Assembly: GCA_965215015.1 (NCBI GenBank)
Contig: OZ244042.1
Span: 3,520,001 to 3,584,000 of the forward strand
Reading direction: 5' to 3'
DNA: 64,000 nt
Source: Candidatus Poribacteria bacterium
Lineage (GTDB): Bacteria; Poribacteria; WGA-4E; PCPOR2b
The notes under the pieces are model-generated. The model searched no databases and was not told where the DNA came from. It saw only the letters and a program-made list of their open reading frames with translations. Positions 1 through 9,748 of the stretch are shown here, piece after piece. Position 1 is the first letter of the stretch. The number at the start of each line of letters is the position of its first letter. The position numbers and the translations under genes were made by a program.

Positions 1-2
1 TC

Positions 3-761
3 CGCGTTGAACATCCAGAGCTGCCTCTCATCCTTGCCCTGACCGGAACAGACCTCTACGGTGATATTCATACGGACGCCTCCGCCCAGGAATCTCTGGA
101 GATGGCGGATCGTTTTATTCTTTTGCAACCCGCAGGCGTTGAAGAACTCTCCGAGCATCTGCGTGACAAAGCGTGGGTAATCTATCAATCAATAACGGCA
201 CCACCGGGTAAATTTTCTCCAAAAAAAAACGTTTTTGAGTTGTGAGTGCTGGGGCATCTGCGTCCCGTGAAGGACCCATTTCGCACTGCGATAGCAGCCC
301 GAGGGCTGCCTCCATCATCCCAGATTCAGGTAGTGCATGTTGGGGGTGCACTCACCAACGACATGAAAACCGAGGCAGATGCTGAAGCAGCCACCAATCC
401 ACGTTACCGTTGGTTGGGTGAACTCCCACGCTGGCGGGCCCTCCGCGTCCTCGCACGGAGTCGGGTTCTCGTGCTGACCTCGCGAATGGAGGGAGGGGCG
501 AATGTGGTTTCCGAGGCAATAGCGTGTTCCGTTCCCGTCATTTCGTCGCGGATATCTGGCTCGATCGGTCTCTTGGGAGAGGATTATCCGGGCTACTTCC
601 CGGTAGGAGAGACACAGGCGTTGACGGAGCTGCTCATACGTGTTGAGACGGATACCGCTTTTTATAACACACTCAAAGCATGGTGCGAAAGATTAAAGCC
701 GATTGTTAATCCTGACCGTGAACGTCAGAGTTGGAAACGTCTGCTGAAGGACTTACAGTAA
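3..761 (+). CDS. senB: GT4-type glycosyltransferase, SenB/TIGR04348-like (selenosugar synthase family); 5'-truncated by window edge; in-frame TGA at 243-245
   Basis: Frame 3 is open from base 3 (LILALTGTDLYGDI...VIYQS) through FEL*VLGHLRPVKDPFR to GT4 motif SRMEGGANVVSEAIA. LTGTDLY and GHLRxVKDPF are motifs I recall from TIGR04348. The ORF track splits it at the TGA. Confidence 0.75.
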
Positions 762-809
762 ACCTTTAGGGGGGATAATGTTCAATCTATTGGATCGGTG
801 GAGACAGGT

Positions 810-1781
810 ATGAAAAAGGTTAGCGTTGTGGGTGCCGGTGCGTGGGGAACTGCGCTCGCTGTTACGGCGGCGCGTGCCAGTAGCGAAGTCACCTTATGGG
901 CGCGTGAGCCGGAGGTTGTGGCATCTATCAACGAACAACAGGAAAATAAAATGTTCCTTCCCGGTATCAAGCTGCCCGACACTATCCATGCGGTCAACGA
1001 TTTAGGTGCGATGCTGGCGCAGGATGCTCTGTTGATGGTAGTGCCTGCCCAATATGTGCGGGGCACCTGTGAGCAGCTGGCTTCAGCCGGTTTGGAGGCC
1101 TCTCGCCCCATAGTTATTTGCAGCAAGGGGATAGAACAACAGCACTTGAAACTGATGAGCGAAGTTGTGGCAGAGCACTTCCCCAATCCGCTGGCGATAC
1201 TCAGCGGACCCACCTTTGCGGTGGAGGTGGCAAGAGGATTGCCCGCTTCGGTGACACTTGCATGTGGAAACCTAGAGCTTGGGCGAAAACTAGCACGGTT
1301 GGTAACGCACCCAAAATTCAGCGTCTATCATTCCGACGATGTGGTAGGCCCCCAAATCTGTGGTGCCATGAAAAATGTCATTGCCATCGCTTGCGGTATT
1401 GTCGAAGGCAAAGGGCTCGGAGAAGGTGCGAAAGCCGCGTTAATCGCCGAAGGTTTGGCGGAGATAAGCCAACTATGTGTTGCCAAAGGCGGCAAACCTG
1501 AAACAGCGATGGGACTATGCGGTCTTGGGGACCTAATCCTGACTTGTAACAGTCATACTTCGCGCAATATGTCTTTGGGTTACGCATTGGGACAGGGGAA
1601 AACTTTGGAGGAGATTTTGTGTGAACGAAAAAGCGTTGCCGAAGGTGTTGCATCGTCCAACGCTGTGGCGGGCTTAGCAGTCCAATTGGGTATTCGGTTG
1701 CGGATCTGTGGGATTATTGATCAGATTGTGCGGGGCGATGCAGATGGAGATCAGATGCTCTTGGAACTTGTTCAGGGCTGA
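810..1781 (+). CDS. gpsA: NAD(P)H-dependent glycerol-3-phosphate dehydrogenase
   Basis: GAGAWGTALA, SKGIE, LSGPTFA, GAMKNVIAIACG, GLGDLILTC, SRN, VAEG motifs. Confidence 0.95.
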   Translation: MKKVSVVGAGAWGTALAVTAARASSEVTLWAREPEVVASINEQQENKMFLPGIKLPDTIHAVNDLGAMLAQDALLMVVPAQYVRGTCEQLASAGLEASRPIVICSKGIEQQHLKLMSEVVAEHFPNPLAILSGPTFAVEVARGLPASVTLACGNLELGRKLARLVTHPKFSVYHSDDVVGPQICGAMKNVIAIACGIVEGKGLGEGAKAALIAEGLAEISQLCVAKGGKPETAMGLCGLGDLILTCNSHTSRNMSLGYALGQGKTLEEILCERKSVAEGVASSNAVAGLAVQLGIRLRICGIIDQIVRGDADGDQMLLELVQG

Positions 1782-1907
1782 AAACGGAAACACCGGTTGA
1801 GGTGCTATTATTGTCTGAATCACGGATTAAGCAGATGATGCGGAGGACACACGGACTTGCGCCGTTGACCTCTCGAGGCCTTGTCGGTCTATACTCATAT
1901 CTCGACA

Positions 1908-2210
1908 ATGATTAAATATACCCCATTGACCCTTGATGAAATTCCCGAAGATGAGCAGGAAGCACTCCTCACAAAGGTTGCCACGGAGATTGTGAAACGA
2001 CGCCTGACTGTGCCTGCGATTTTATTCTTGGAAACTTGTAAACCGATCAACTTTATCGGCAGTCAAATGCTTATTGCGCTCAACCCTTTTGTAACTTCAA
2101 TTTTTAACACCGCCGAATATCAAAAATTTGCCTTGATCATTGAAAAAGACGCAAACGTTGAGTTGCTGACTCAACTCATTGAGAAATTAGACGGAGAGGA
2201 GAAAGAATAG
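1908..2210 (+). CDS. Small hypothetical protein, coupled to the downstream GlmL-like gene
   Basis: 100-aa ORF (PAILFLETCKPINFIGSQ); stop is 1 nt from the next ATG. Confidence 0.75.
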   Translation: MIKYTPLTLDEIPEDEQEALLTKVATEIVKRRLTVPAILFLETCKPINFIGSQMLIALNPFVTSIFNTAEYQKFALIIEKDANVELLTQLIEKLDGEEKE

Positions 2211-2211
2211 G

Positions 2212-4020
2212 ATGTCGGACCAGGCACAGGGGATACGCTCGATCCTCGCGACGGATTGTGGTAGCACCACCACGAAAGCCATCTTGATCGAGAAACGGGG
2301 GGACGAATACCATCTTGTGGTTCGTGGGGAGGCGCCAACGACGGTTGAGGCACCGGTAGAGGATGTCACCGCCGGGGTAATCAACGCGATAACAGAGGTC
2401 GAGGAGCTCGCTGGGCGCAGGCTCTTGAAGGACGGGCAGATTCTCAAGCCGCAACGAGGAAATGAGGGCACAGACCTGTATATCTCGACGAGTAGCGCGG
2501 GCGGTGGTTTGCAGATGATGGTCGCGGGTGTCGTGCGGAACCTGACCGCCGAGAGCGCGGAACGTGCCGCACTGGGTGCTGGTGCGATTGTCATGGACGT
2601 GATCGCTTCCAACGACAAGCGCCTTCCCCACGAGAAGATTGAGCGCATCCGACATCTTCGGCCGGATATGGTGCTTCTTTCGGGCGGTGTTGACGGAGGG
2701 ACAACCTCTCACGTTGCGGAGTTAGCGGAAATCATTGAGGCGGCAAATCCCAGACCCCGCTTGGGGGTGAGTTATGAATTGCCGGTGATTTATGCCGGAA
2801 ACAAGGATGCACGCGAAGTTGTCGATGAACGGCTTGGCGATAAAATGGCACTAGAGGTGGTTGATAACCTGCGTCCAGTTTTGGAACGCGAAAATCTGAT
2901 GCCGACCCGTCTGAAGATTCAAGATCAGTTTCTAGAGCATGTCATGGCGCACGCCCCCGGCTACAGGAAATTAATCTCTTGGACCGATGCGCCGATTATG
3001 CCGACGCCCGGTGCTGTCGGCGCAATTATGCAAACGATCGCTGCGCAGCAGAATATCGAGGTGCTTGGTGTGGATATCGGGGGCGCAACAACAGATGTGT
3101 TCTCTGTCTTCAGAAATCAAGAGGGTGAGGCGATTTTTAACCGCACGGTGAGTGCCAATCTGGGGATGAGCTACAGTATCTCCAACGTTCTCGCGGAGGC
3201 GGGGATGGAGAACGTTTTGCGGTGGGTACCCTTTGATATTGATGTCGGCAATCTTGGGAATCGAATCAAGAATAAAATGATAAGACCGACAACGATTCCG
3301 CAGACATTGGAGGAGCTAATTATTGAGGGCGCGATTGCGCGTGAAGCCTTGCGATTGGCGTTTGATCAGCACAAGCAACTTGCGGTCGAACTGCGTGGGG
3401 TGCAGCAGCAGCGCACCATCTCCGAAGCGTTCTCCCAATCCGAGACCGGCGCGACACTTGTGGATATGCTTTCGTTGGACCTGATTGTCGGAAGCGGCGG
3501 CGTACTTTCCCACGCGCCACGCCGGAATCAGGCGATGTTGATGATGATTGACGCATTCCAGCCGGAAGGGGTGACCCACCTCGCTGTCGATAGCATTTTT
3601 ATGATGCCCCAACTCGGTGTGCTGGCTCAGGTCAACGAAGCGGCGGCGACGCAGGTCTTTGCGCGTGATTGTCTCATCCACTTAGGCACTTGCATTGCAC
3701 CGGTCGGGGTTGCCGCCCCCGGTGATTTGGGTGTCACAATCACCGGCGATTTGACGGAAACCGTGCCATTTGGCGAATTGCGTCTCTATCCGTTGGGTGT
3801 TGGGGAGAAGGCACGGGTGACAATCCAACCTGAACGTCGTCTCGACATGGGGGCGGGACGTGGACAGCTGGTGGAAGCGGAGGTCGAAGGGGGCGTAGTC
3901 GGCTTGGTAGTGGATACGCGCGGGCGTCCCCTCGAAGTTTCTAATCCGTCCACCGAGCGTGTCGCACTACTCAAAAGGTGGTTCCAAGCGTTGGAGGTAT
4001 ATCCCGAAAGGTTCATATAA
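2212..4020 (+). CDS. Glutamate mutase L (GlmL/MutL-family, actin-fold ATPase-like reactivase)
   Basis: TDCGSTTTKA, TSSAGGGL, LSGGVDGG, IMPTPGAV, VDIGGATTDVFS, RTVSANLGM motifs. Confidence 0.85.
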   Translation: MSDQAQGIRSILATDCGSTTTKAILIEKRGDEYHLVVRGEAPTTVEAPVEDVTAGVINAITEVEELAGRRLLKDGQILKPQRGNEGTDLYISTSSAGGGLQMMVAGVVRNLTAESAERAALGAGAIVMDVIASNDKRLPHEKIERIRHLRPDMVLLSGGVDGGTTSHVAELAEIIEAANPRPRLGVSYELPVIYAGNKDAREVVDERLGDKMALEVVDNLRPVLERENLMPTRLKIQDQFLEHVMAHAPGYRKLISWTDAPIMPTPGAVGAIMQTIAAQQNIEVLGVDIGGATTDVFSVFRNQEGEAIFNRTVSANLGMSYSISNVLAEAGMENVLRWVPFDIDVGNLGNRIKNKMIRPTTIPQTLEELIIEGAIAREALRLAFDQHKQLAVELRGVQQQRTISEAFSQSETGATLVDMLSLDLIVGSGGVLSHAPRRNQAMLMMIDAFQPEGVTHLAVDSIFMMPQLGVLAQVNEAAATQVFARDCLIHLGTCIAPVGVAAPGDLGVTITGDLTETVPFGELRLYPLGVGEKARVTIQPERRLDMGAGRGQLVEAEVEGGVVGLVVDTRGRPLEVSNPSTERVALLKRWFQALEVYPERFI

Positions 4021-4098
4021 AAAGAAAGTACAAAATGCGAAGATTACCCCAATTTTTGTCAAAAACGCAGGTTCTGTTGCACCATTTCTTAACATGAA
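4011..4098. mobile_element. Short MITE-like element, family A (degenerate)
   Basis: Left end GTTCATATAAAAAGAAAGTACAAAA and right end TGTTGCACCATTTCTTAACATGAA match the ends of the elements at 25479-25660 and 55139-55253. Confidence 0.5.
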
Positions 4099-4160
4099 TT
4101 TACAGAAATGGTCAGATAGGATTAAAGGGAGACAAATTTACCCCTAAGGAGTATCTTATT

Positions 4161-5144
4161 GTGGCATCAAGGCAGATTAATCTTTTCGACCGCGTCATGA
4201 AAATCTTGGGACGGCATTACGCGGAATCGTTTCTGAAACTTGCTTTTCCCGATACCATTTTCCAACTGGTCGGAACGCTGGAAAATGTCGAAATCACCCT
4301 ACCAGATCGGCGCGTTGACTTTCTCCATAGACTTCAGTTCGGAGGGGAGGAATATTTGCTCCACTTTGAGTTTCAACTTCAACATAGGACTGATTATCCC
4401 CGCAATGTTTTTACTTTTTCAGGTGGACTGACGGATCAACATCAGAGGCCAACAATTACTATCGTTTTGTATCTAGAGCGGCGAGAGTCGGACCCACCTA
4501 GTGAATATGTCGTTCAAATCGGGGAATGGGTTATCCACCGGTTCACCTATCCGATCCTAAAGCTATGGGATTATACAGACCGTATCCGTTCTGGAGAGTT
4601 AAGAGAGTTTGCGCCGTTACTGATTATGTTGGAACCAGAGAAGACGGAAGCGGTACTGCATCAAGAAAGGGAACTAATTTTGCAGGAAACCCATCCGCAG
4701 AAACGAGCGGATTCATTGGCAACAGCGGTGATGATCGCGTCCCGCTATTTTGACCTTAATTGGTTGTGGGACTTTTTTGGAGAGGAGGTGGAACAGATGC
4801 GCCAATCTGGTTTTATCACTGACTGGATCGAGGATGGCATCCAGCGAGGACTCCAGCAAGGGCTAGAGCAAGGGCTAGAGCAAGGGCTAGAGCAAGGGCT
4901 AGAGCAAGGGCTAGAGCAAGGGCTAGAGCAAGGACTGGAGCAGGGACTGGAGCAAGGACTCCAGCAAGGGAAGCGGTTACTCCTAATCCAGCAGCTTATG
5001 GCAAAATTTGGGGCACTGCCTGAATCCGTAACGGATCAAATTCAGGGGATGACCGTGGATGAAGAACTGGATCAGCTAGGGGTTCGTCTCTTGACAGCAG
5101 AAACCCTTGAAGAGATGGGGCTTGATGGTAGAGGGTCTCATTGA
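4161..5144 (+). CDS. Rpn-family (recombination-promoting nuclease/putative transposase) PD-(D/E)XK protein with C-terminal EQGL repeats and DUF4351-like tail
   Basis: FDRVMK, RRVDFL, HFEFQ nuclease motifs; GLEQ repeats; QLMAKFGALP...LDQLGVRLL tail. Confidence 0.85.
   Translation: MASRQINLFDRVMKILGRHYAESFLKLAFPDTIFQLVGTLENVEITLPDRRVDFLHRLQFGGEEYLLHFEFQLQHRTDYPRNVFTFSGGLTDQHQRPTITIVLYLERRESDPPSEYVVQIGEWVIHRFTYPILKLWDYTDRIRSGELREFAPLLIMLEPEKTEAVLHQERELILQETHPQKRADSLATAVMIASRYFDLNWLWDFFGEEVEQMRQSGFITDWIEDGIQRGLQQGLEQGLEQGLEQGLEQGLEQGLEQGLEQGLEQGLQQGKRLLLIQQLMAKFGALPESVTDQIQGMTVDEELDQLGVRLLTAETLEEMGLDGRGSH
4848..4970 (+). repeat. 12-bp tandem repeat (GGGCTAGAGCAA and variants), about 10 units encoding GLEQ
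   Basis: Seen directly: six perfect GGGCTAGAGCAA units flanked by degenerate units. Confidence 0.95.
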
Positions 5145-5339
5145 GAGAAGGTAAATGGCTGCGCTAATCCGGTTCTATCACCGATTGGATTGAGATTGTG
5201 TCATCTGCCAAAGTCGCTTTGAAGCCTTTGGAAGGTTGCGCGCCAGTCCATAATTTCTGCCTTTGCGCCCTATCAGTGTGTTTCATGAATGTGGATTATT
5301 GGGGCAACAAACAGACACTCAGAACAGGAGAAACCGACG

Positions 5340-6167
5340 ATGCCCATAACAGATGCGCTGCCGGAAATGAAGCGAGAACTCAAATTCTTTCCGGTCACGA
5401 ATGAAAATCCCCAAAAACTGACAGCGGAACAGATTCGCCAATTTAACGAAAAGGGCTACATCTTTCCGCTGGATATATTTACAGAAGCGGAGGTGATAGC
5501 AAACCGGGCGTATTTCGATCAGATTATGGGGATGGCAAAGGCAGCCGGCTTAAACAGTTATTCAATCAACGGTTGGCATCCTACTTGTCGGGGGATTTAC
5601 GATCTGGCACTAGACAGCCGCATCCTCGATTATGTGCAAGACCTGCTCGGCGAAAACCTGATCTGCACGATGACTCACTATTTCTGTAAGGAGCCGGGTG
5701 ATGAGAAACAGGTCACGTGGCATCAAGATGCCTCCTATTGGCCCCTCACCCCCAGCAAAGTCGTTACAGTTTGGTTGGCGATTGATGATGCAGATGAAGA
5801 AAATAGCGCGATGCGGGTTATCCCCGGCTCCCATTTACAGGGACAGATTCCCTTTGAGCACAGTACGGCGGAGGAGAACAACGTCTTGGGCCAGTCGGTG
5901 CATCAACCGGAAGATTATGGAGAGGCACCTGTCGCTTTTGAGATGAAGGCAGGTCAGATTTCGTTACACACCGATCTGTTGTTACATGGATCGGAGCCGA
6001 ATTCCTCGAATCGGCGGCGTTGCGGTCTCACCCTGCGCTACTTTCCGCCGGACGTGCGTGGGAGAGATCCGGAGCACGGTTCGGGTATCATTTGTCGTGG
6101 AGATGACAGCCGGGGCTATTGGCAGCACATTCCCAGACCTGAAGGCGATCAGATCCGGAGGACGTAG
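5340..6167 (+). CDS. Phytanoyl-CoA dioxygenase (PhyH) family Fe(II)/2OG dioxygenase
   Basis: WHQDASYW, VTVWLAIDDA, HGSEPN...RRR motifs; AGGAG before ATG 5340. Confidence 0.9.
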   Translation: MPITDALPEMKRELKFFPVTNENPQKLTAEQIRQFNEKGYIFPLDIFTEAEVIANRAYFDQIMGMAKAAGLNSYSINGWHPTCRGIYDLALDSRILDYVQDLLGENLICTMTHYFCKEPGDEKQVTWHQDASYWPLTPSKVVTVWLAIDDADEENSAMRVIPGSHLQGQIPFEHSTAEENNVLGQSVHQPEDYGEAPVAFEMKAGQISLHTDLLLHGSEPNSSNRRRCGLTLRYFPPDVRGRDPEHGSGIICRGDDSRGYWQHIPRPEGDQIRRT

Positions 6168-6203
6168 AGCTTGGCCGATACCGTGCCAATTCTAAAAGGA
6201 ATA

Positions 6204-6410
6204 GCTCATGTCAAAGGAAAGTGCAAAACGTAAAAAGCGTGAAACGTAAAAATAATTGGTTCATCGGTGTAGTCGGGCTAGGAAACCTGTCCTGCGGATT
6301 GAAAAAACAATAGAAAACACAAAGAGAGACCGAGCCCCCTCTAATCCGAATACCTACACGGTTCTTTTCCCCCTGCTTTCGGGGGAGTTAGAGGGGGTGC
6401 GGAGGCATTT
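6204..6410. repeat. Family A end plus CCCCCTCTAATCC...CCCCCTGCTTTCGGGGG palindromic repeat
   Basis: GCTCATGTCAAAGGAAAGTGCAAAAC at 6204; 6333-6390 matches the reverse complement of 32481-32540. Confidence 0.6.
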
Positions 6411-6485
6411 GACTGTGTAAGGTCTATAGATTTCAAATGGGACTTGGCTTCCAAGGCTTTGACCCAGATTAACAAGGAGAAAAAT

Positions 6486-7307
6486 ATGTCAGTTTTAAGT
6501 GCAGCAGATGTAGATTTTTGGGCAGAGAACGGTTACGTTGTTGTTCACAACGCGGTGCCCCCGGAAAACTGCAAGGCGGCCGAGCGTGCTGTCTGGGACT
6601 TCCTTGAAATGGATTCAGACAACCCAGAGACTTGGTATCCAGATCCACCACGTCGTGGCATTATGGTCGAGATTTATCAGGACCAAGCCCTGTGGGACAA
6701 TCGGCAATATCCCCGAATCCATCAAGTGTTTTCTGAGATTTGGGATACGGAGGAGCTGTGGGTCAGCTTCGATCGTGCCAGCTTGAACCCTCCAGAACGA
6801 CCGGATTATAAGTTTCCGGGTCCCCACCTGCACTGGGATATGCCTTTGGATATGCCGTTTGGTCTTAGGGTGCAAGGGGTGTTATATCTGACCGATACAC
6901 CTGCCAATCAGGGGGCATTCACCTGTATACCGGGCTTCCATCGGAAACTGGAAGATTGGCTCAACGGTCTTCCTGAGGATACGGATCCACGGCGGGTTAT
7001 CAAGCAAAGAGATGCTGATGCCGTGCCGATTGCGGGGAAAGCGGGGGATTTGGTTATTTGGCACAGTGCGCTGCCACACGGGAGCAGTCCGAACAGCAGC
7101 GATCGCCCTCGAATCGCGCAATATATCACCATGTCGCCGGCACCGAAGGATAATAAGGAAGCACGTCAGAACCGGATCACCGGCTGGCGAGAGCGACTGA
7201 CAGGACTAGGTAAGGAGGAAAAGGAGAAGGAACACTTCCAAGGCAAGACAGCAGAATTGACCCCGTTGGGACGAAAACTTTTGGGACTGGATTCTTGGGA
7301 AGATTGA
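6486..7307 (+). CDS. PhyH family dioxygenase
   Basis: LHWD, QGVLYLTDT, GDLVIWHSALPHGSSPN motifs; AAGGAG before ATG. Confidence 0.9.
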   Translation: MSVLSAADVDFWAENGYVVVHNAVPPENCKAAERAVWDFLEMDSDNPETWYPDPPRRGIMVEIYQDQALWDNRQYPRIHQVFSEIWDTEELWVSFDRASLNPPERPDYKFPGPHLHWDMPLDMPFGLRVQGVLYLTDTPANQGAFTCIPGFHRKLEDWLNGLPEDTDPRRVIKQRDADAVPIAGKAGDLVIWHSALPHGSSPNSSDRPRIAQYITMSPAPKDNKEARQNRITGWRERLTGLGKEEKEKEHFQGKTAELTPLGRKLLGLDSWED

Positions 7308-7308
7308 A

Positions 7309-7362
7309 TAACTCAAGTTGCTAGGTAGCCCGTAGGTCGAGCTTCCATACTCGCTCGACGAC
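7309..7362. repeat. Intergenic repeat family B (TAACTCAAGTTGCTAG...GTAGGTCGAG)
   Basis: Closely matches the reverse complement of 51521-51568; related ends near 31426-31443 and 56850-56863. Confidence 0.6.
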
Positions 7363-7622
7363 TACTAGAAACGACCAAATTTACCTAAAATTACTATTAT
7401 CACCCTAATGTGATACACATATCGCTTCGCTGGGGCTTCTTGTTGGTGCATTGGTTGATTGGGGACTGATGAACCTATACTGCGTGCGCTTCCCTCCGAT
7501 AAAATCGGGGGTTCAAAGCGACTAGAGCGGGAGGCAGCACTTGACGGTTGGGGAGATCGCGCCCCTACAGGAAAACCGATGGATTTCCAATATCTAGAAC
7601 TTAGGTTAATTTATGGAGGTTT

Positions 7623-8666
7623 ATGATGTATAAATGTGCATTTTTAGGTTGTGGCGGACGGGCGCGTGCCCATGCACACGCATATCAATATATCAAACGC
7701 GGTGAAATTGTCGCACTGTGCGATATGAACGAAGAACTACTTAATAGTTTCGGCGATGATTTTGGGATTGAGAGACGGTACACGGACATCCATGAAATGT
7801 TAGATAAAGAACGGCCTGACCTGCTGCATATCGTGACTGCGCCGGTGCTGCGAGGAACAAACCAACTGATCCGCTACCCGTTGATGAACATTGCATCGGA
7901 GCATGAAGTGCCTGCCGCGATTGTCGAAAAGCCGATTGCGGTCATGGGAGAGGATTGGCGTCAACTGAGCGAACTATGTCAGAATACCAAGACCAAATTC
8001 GCTGTGAACACGCAGCTCAACTTTCATCCGCCGAATCTGAAATTGAAGACTGATGTTGCCGCTGGAGGGATTGGAGACCTGGACTTTATTGACGCTAGTG
8101 CCCGTTCAACGCCAATCGATCAGGGGCCCCATGTGCTTCAACTGGTCTCGTCTTATATCGACAATTCGCGTCCGGTGGAGGTTTTCGGTCAGGTCTCAGG
8201 GGGTGAGCATCTGGATACCGCTCAACCCTCGCCCGACCATGCCACAGCGTCGATCACGTATGCCAACGGGGTTCGGGCGTTGGTTACATTTGGCACCAAA
8301 GGATCGCCCGAAATTAGTGATCACGAATCGGTGTTCCTGCACAAACGGGTCCGCGTTTTTGGGAAGCGTGGGTTTGTCCATTGGTGGATGTTCGGATGGG
8401 AGCGCAACACACCGACGGATGGCTATAGTCGTGGAGAACACGATTACGGTGAGCAGGATGTCTTAGGACAGGCGGGGCTCACCGAGGCGATGTTCGATTG
8501 GCTTGACGATGACGAAAAGGTGCATCCCACCCACTTGGCACAGTCGCTGGCGGAGTTTAATGCGATTTTGGGTATCTATCATAGTGCATTGACGCACGCG
8601 CCGGTTGAGCTTCCGTTTGATCCGCCCGATGGGTTGATTGAGTCTCTCAAAACGCTACTGCTATGA
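7623..8666 (+). CDS. Gfo/Idh/MocA family oxidoreductase
   Basis: GCGGRA Rossmann motif, ALCD, VEKPIA; GGAGG RBS. Confidence 0.88.
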   Translation: MMYKCAFLGCGGRARAHAHAYQYIKRGEIVALCDMNEELLNSFGDDFGIERRYTDIHEMLDKERPDLLHIVTAPVLRGTNQLIRYPLMNIASEHEVPAAIVEKPIAVMGEDWRQLSELCQNTKTKFAVNTQLNFHPPNLKLKTDVAAGGIGDLDFIDASARSTPIDQGPHVLQLVSSYIDNSRPVEVFGQVSGGEHLDTAQPSPDHATASITYANGVRALVTFGTKGSPEISDHESVFLHKRVRVFGKRGFVHWWMFGWERNTPTDGYSRGEHDYGEQDVLGQAGLTEAMFDWLDDDEKVHPTHLAQSLAEFNAILGIYHSALTHAPVELPFDPPDGLIESLKTLLL

Positions 8667-8898
8667 GATAAGCTAGTAGGGGCATAGCCCGGAACCCTTC
8701 AGAAAGTCATTCGTTCGGTAGGCTGCTTACTTAGATGAAGGTTTCACGCGCAATGAATTGCGCTACTACTAACTGGGGCAGAAAGCCATTCGTTCGATAG
8801 TCTGCTTAGATGAAGGGCTTTCTGAGGAGGGTAAAACATAATGGCGAGTGCTTTGCACTTTCTTTTTATCATGAACCAATGGAAATAGGAGGTTTGAA

Positions 8899-9744
8899 AT
8901 GGCGTATAGTAACGTTCCTATCGGAACATCTAATCCCTGTTGCGTTGTCATTTTAGTGGATCAATCTTGGTCAATGAGCGAAGATTGGGGAACAGGAACG
9001 AAGGCCGAGCGAGCTGCCCTCGCTGTCAATCGTATCCTCGAGGAACTCGTTATTGCCTGCCGAGCCGGAGATGAGATAAAGAATCGGTGTCATGTTTCTG
9101 TTATTGGGTATGGTGAACGGGTTGAGTGTGTCGTCGACGGTATGATATCAGAGGTCGCCTCCTCCCTCATCGAAGTCAAAAAAATTAAGAAATCCATCCC
9201 TGACGGAGCGGGTGGAATTGTTGAGGTCGATTTGGAAATACCGATCTGGGTGCAACCAACGGCGGGTAATGGCACCCCAATGCACGAGGCATTTGAACAC
9301 GCTGCTGAAATCATCCAACGCTGGTGCGACGATAAACCTGATGGTTTTCCGCCAACCGTTATCAACATCACAGACGGTGCTGCTACTCAGCCTGATTTGA
9401 CAGGAGATGCTGCGAGAAAGGTCATGAATCTCCGCACGACAGATGGTAACGTTTTAGTCTTCAACGTTCACATCGCTAATAATAAATACGGAGTGAATTT
9501 CCCACACAGCACAGACCTGTTGGTGGATGATACCTTGGCAGAATTTCTCTTCAGCCTCTCTAGTGTTTTGCCAGAACCCCTGCGCGAAATGGCAAAAGAG
9601 GCGGGACTTTCAGCAAATCCCGATGCACGATGTTTTAGTTATAATGCGGATGAAGTTACGATGATTAAGATCCTGGAGTTTGGTTCTTTGGGCTTAACAC
9701 AAATACGAGTACTTCCACCTCCCGCACTTCCATCTCCCGATTAA
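8899..9744 (+). CDS. TerY-like vWA domain protein (TerY-P triad)
   Basis: MIDAS DQSWSM, NGTPM, INITDG; PCCVVILVD; upstream of PP2C-like and kinase genes. Confidence 0.85.
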   Translation: MAYSNVPIGTSNPCCVVILVDQSWSMSEDWGTGTKAERAALAVNRILEELVIACRAGDEIKNRCHVSVIGYGERVECVVDGMISEVASSLIEVKKIKKSIPDGAGGIVEVDLEIPIWVQPTAGNGTPMHEAFEHAAEIIQRWCDDKPDGFPPTVINITDGAATQPDLTGDAARKVMNLRTTDGNVLVFNVHIANNKYGVNFPHSTDLLVDDTLAEFLFSLSSVLPEPLREMAKEAGLSANPDARCFSYNADEVTMIKILEFGSLGLTQIRVLPPPALPSPD

Positions 9745-9748
9745 AAAT

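Noticed and set aside
4070-4083. IS6-family terminal repeat (GGTTCTGTTGCA), also near 34995
   Set aside because: No transposase nearby; the match lies inside family A ends and could be coincidental
4848-4970. Possible CRISPR array
   Set aside because: Contiguous 12-bp in-frame coding repeats with no spacers
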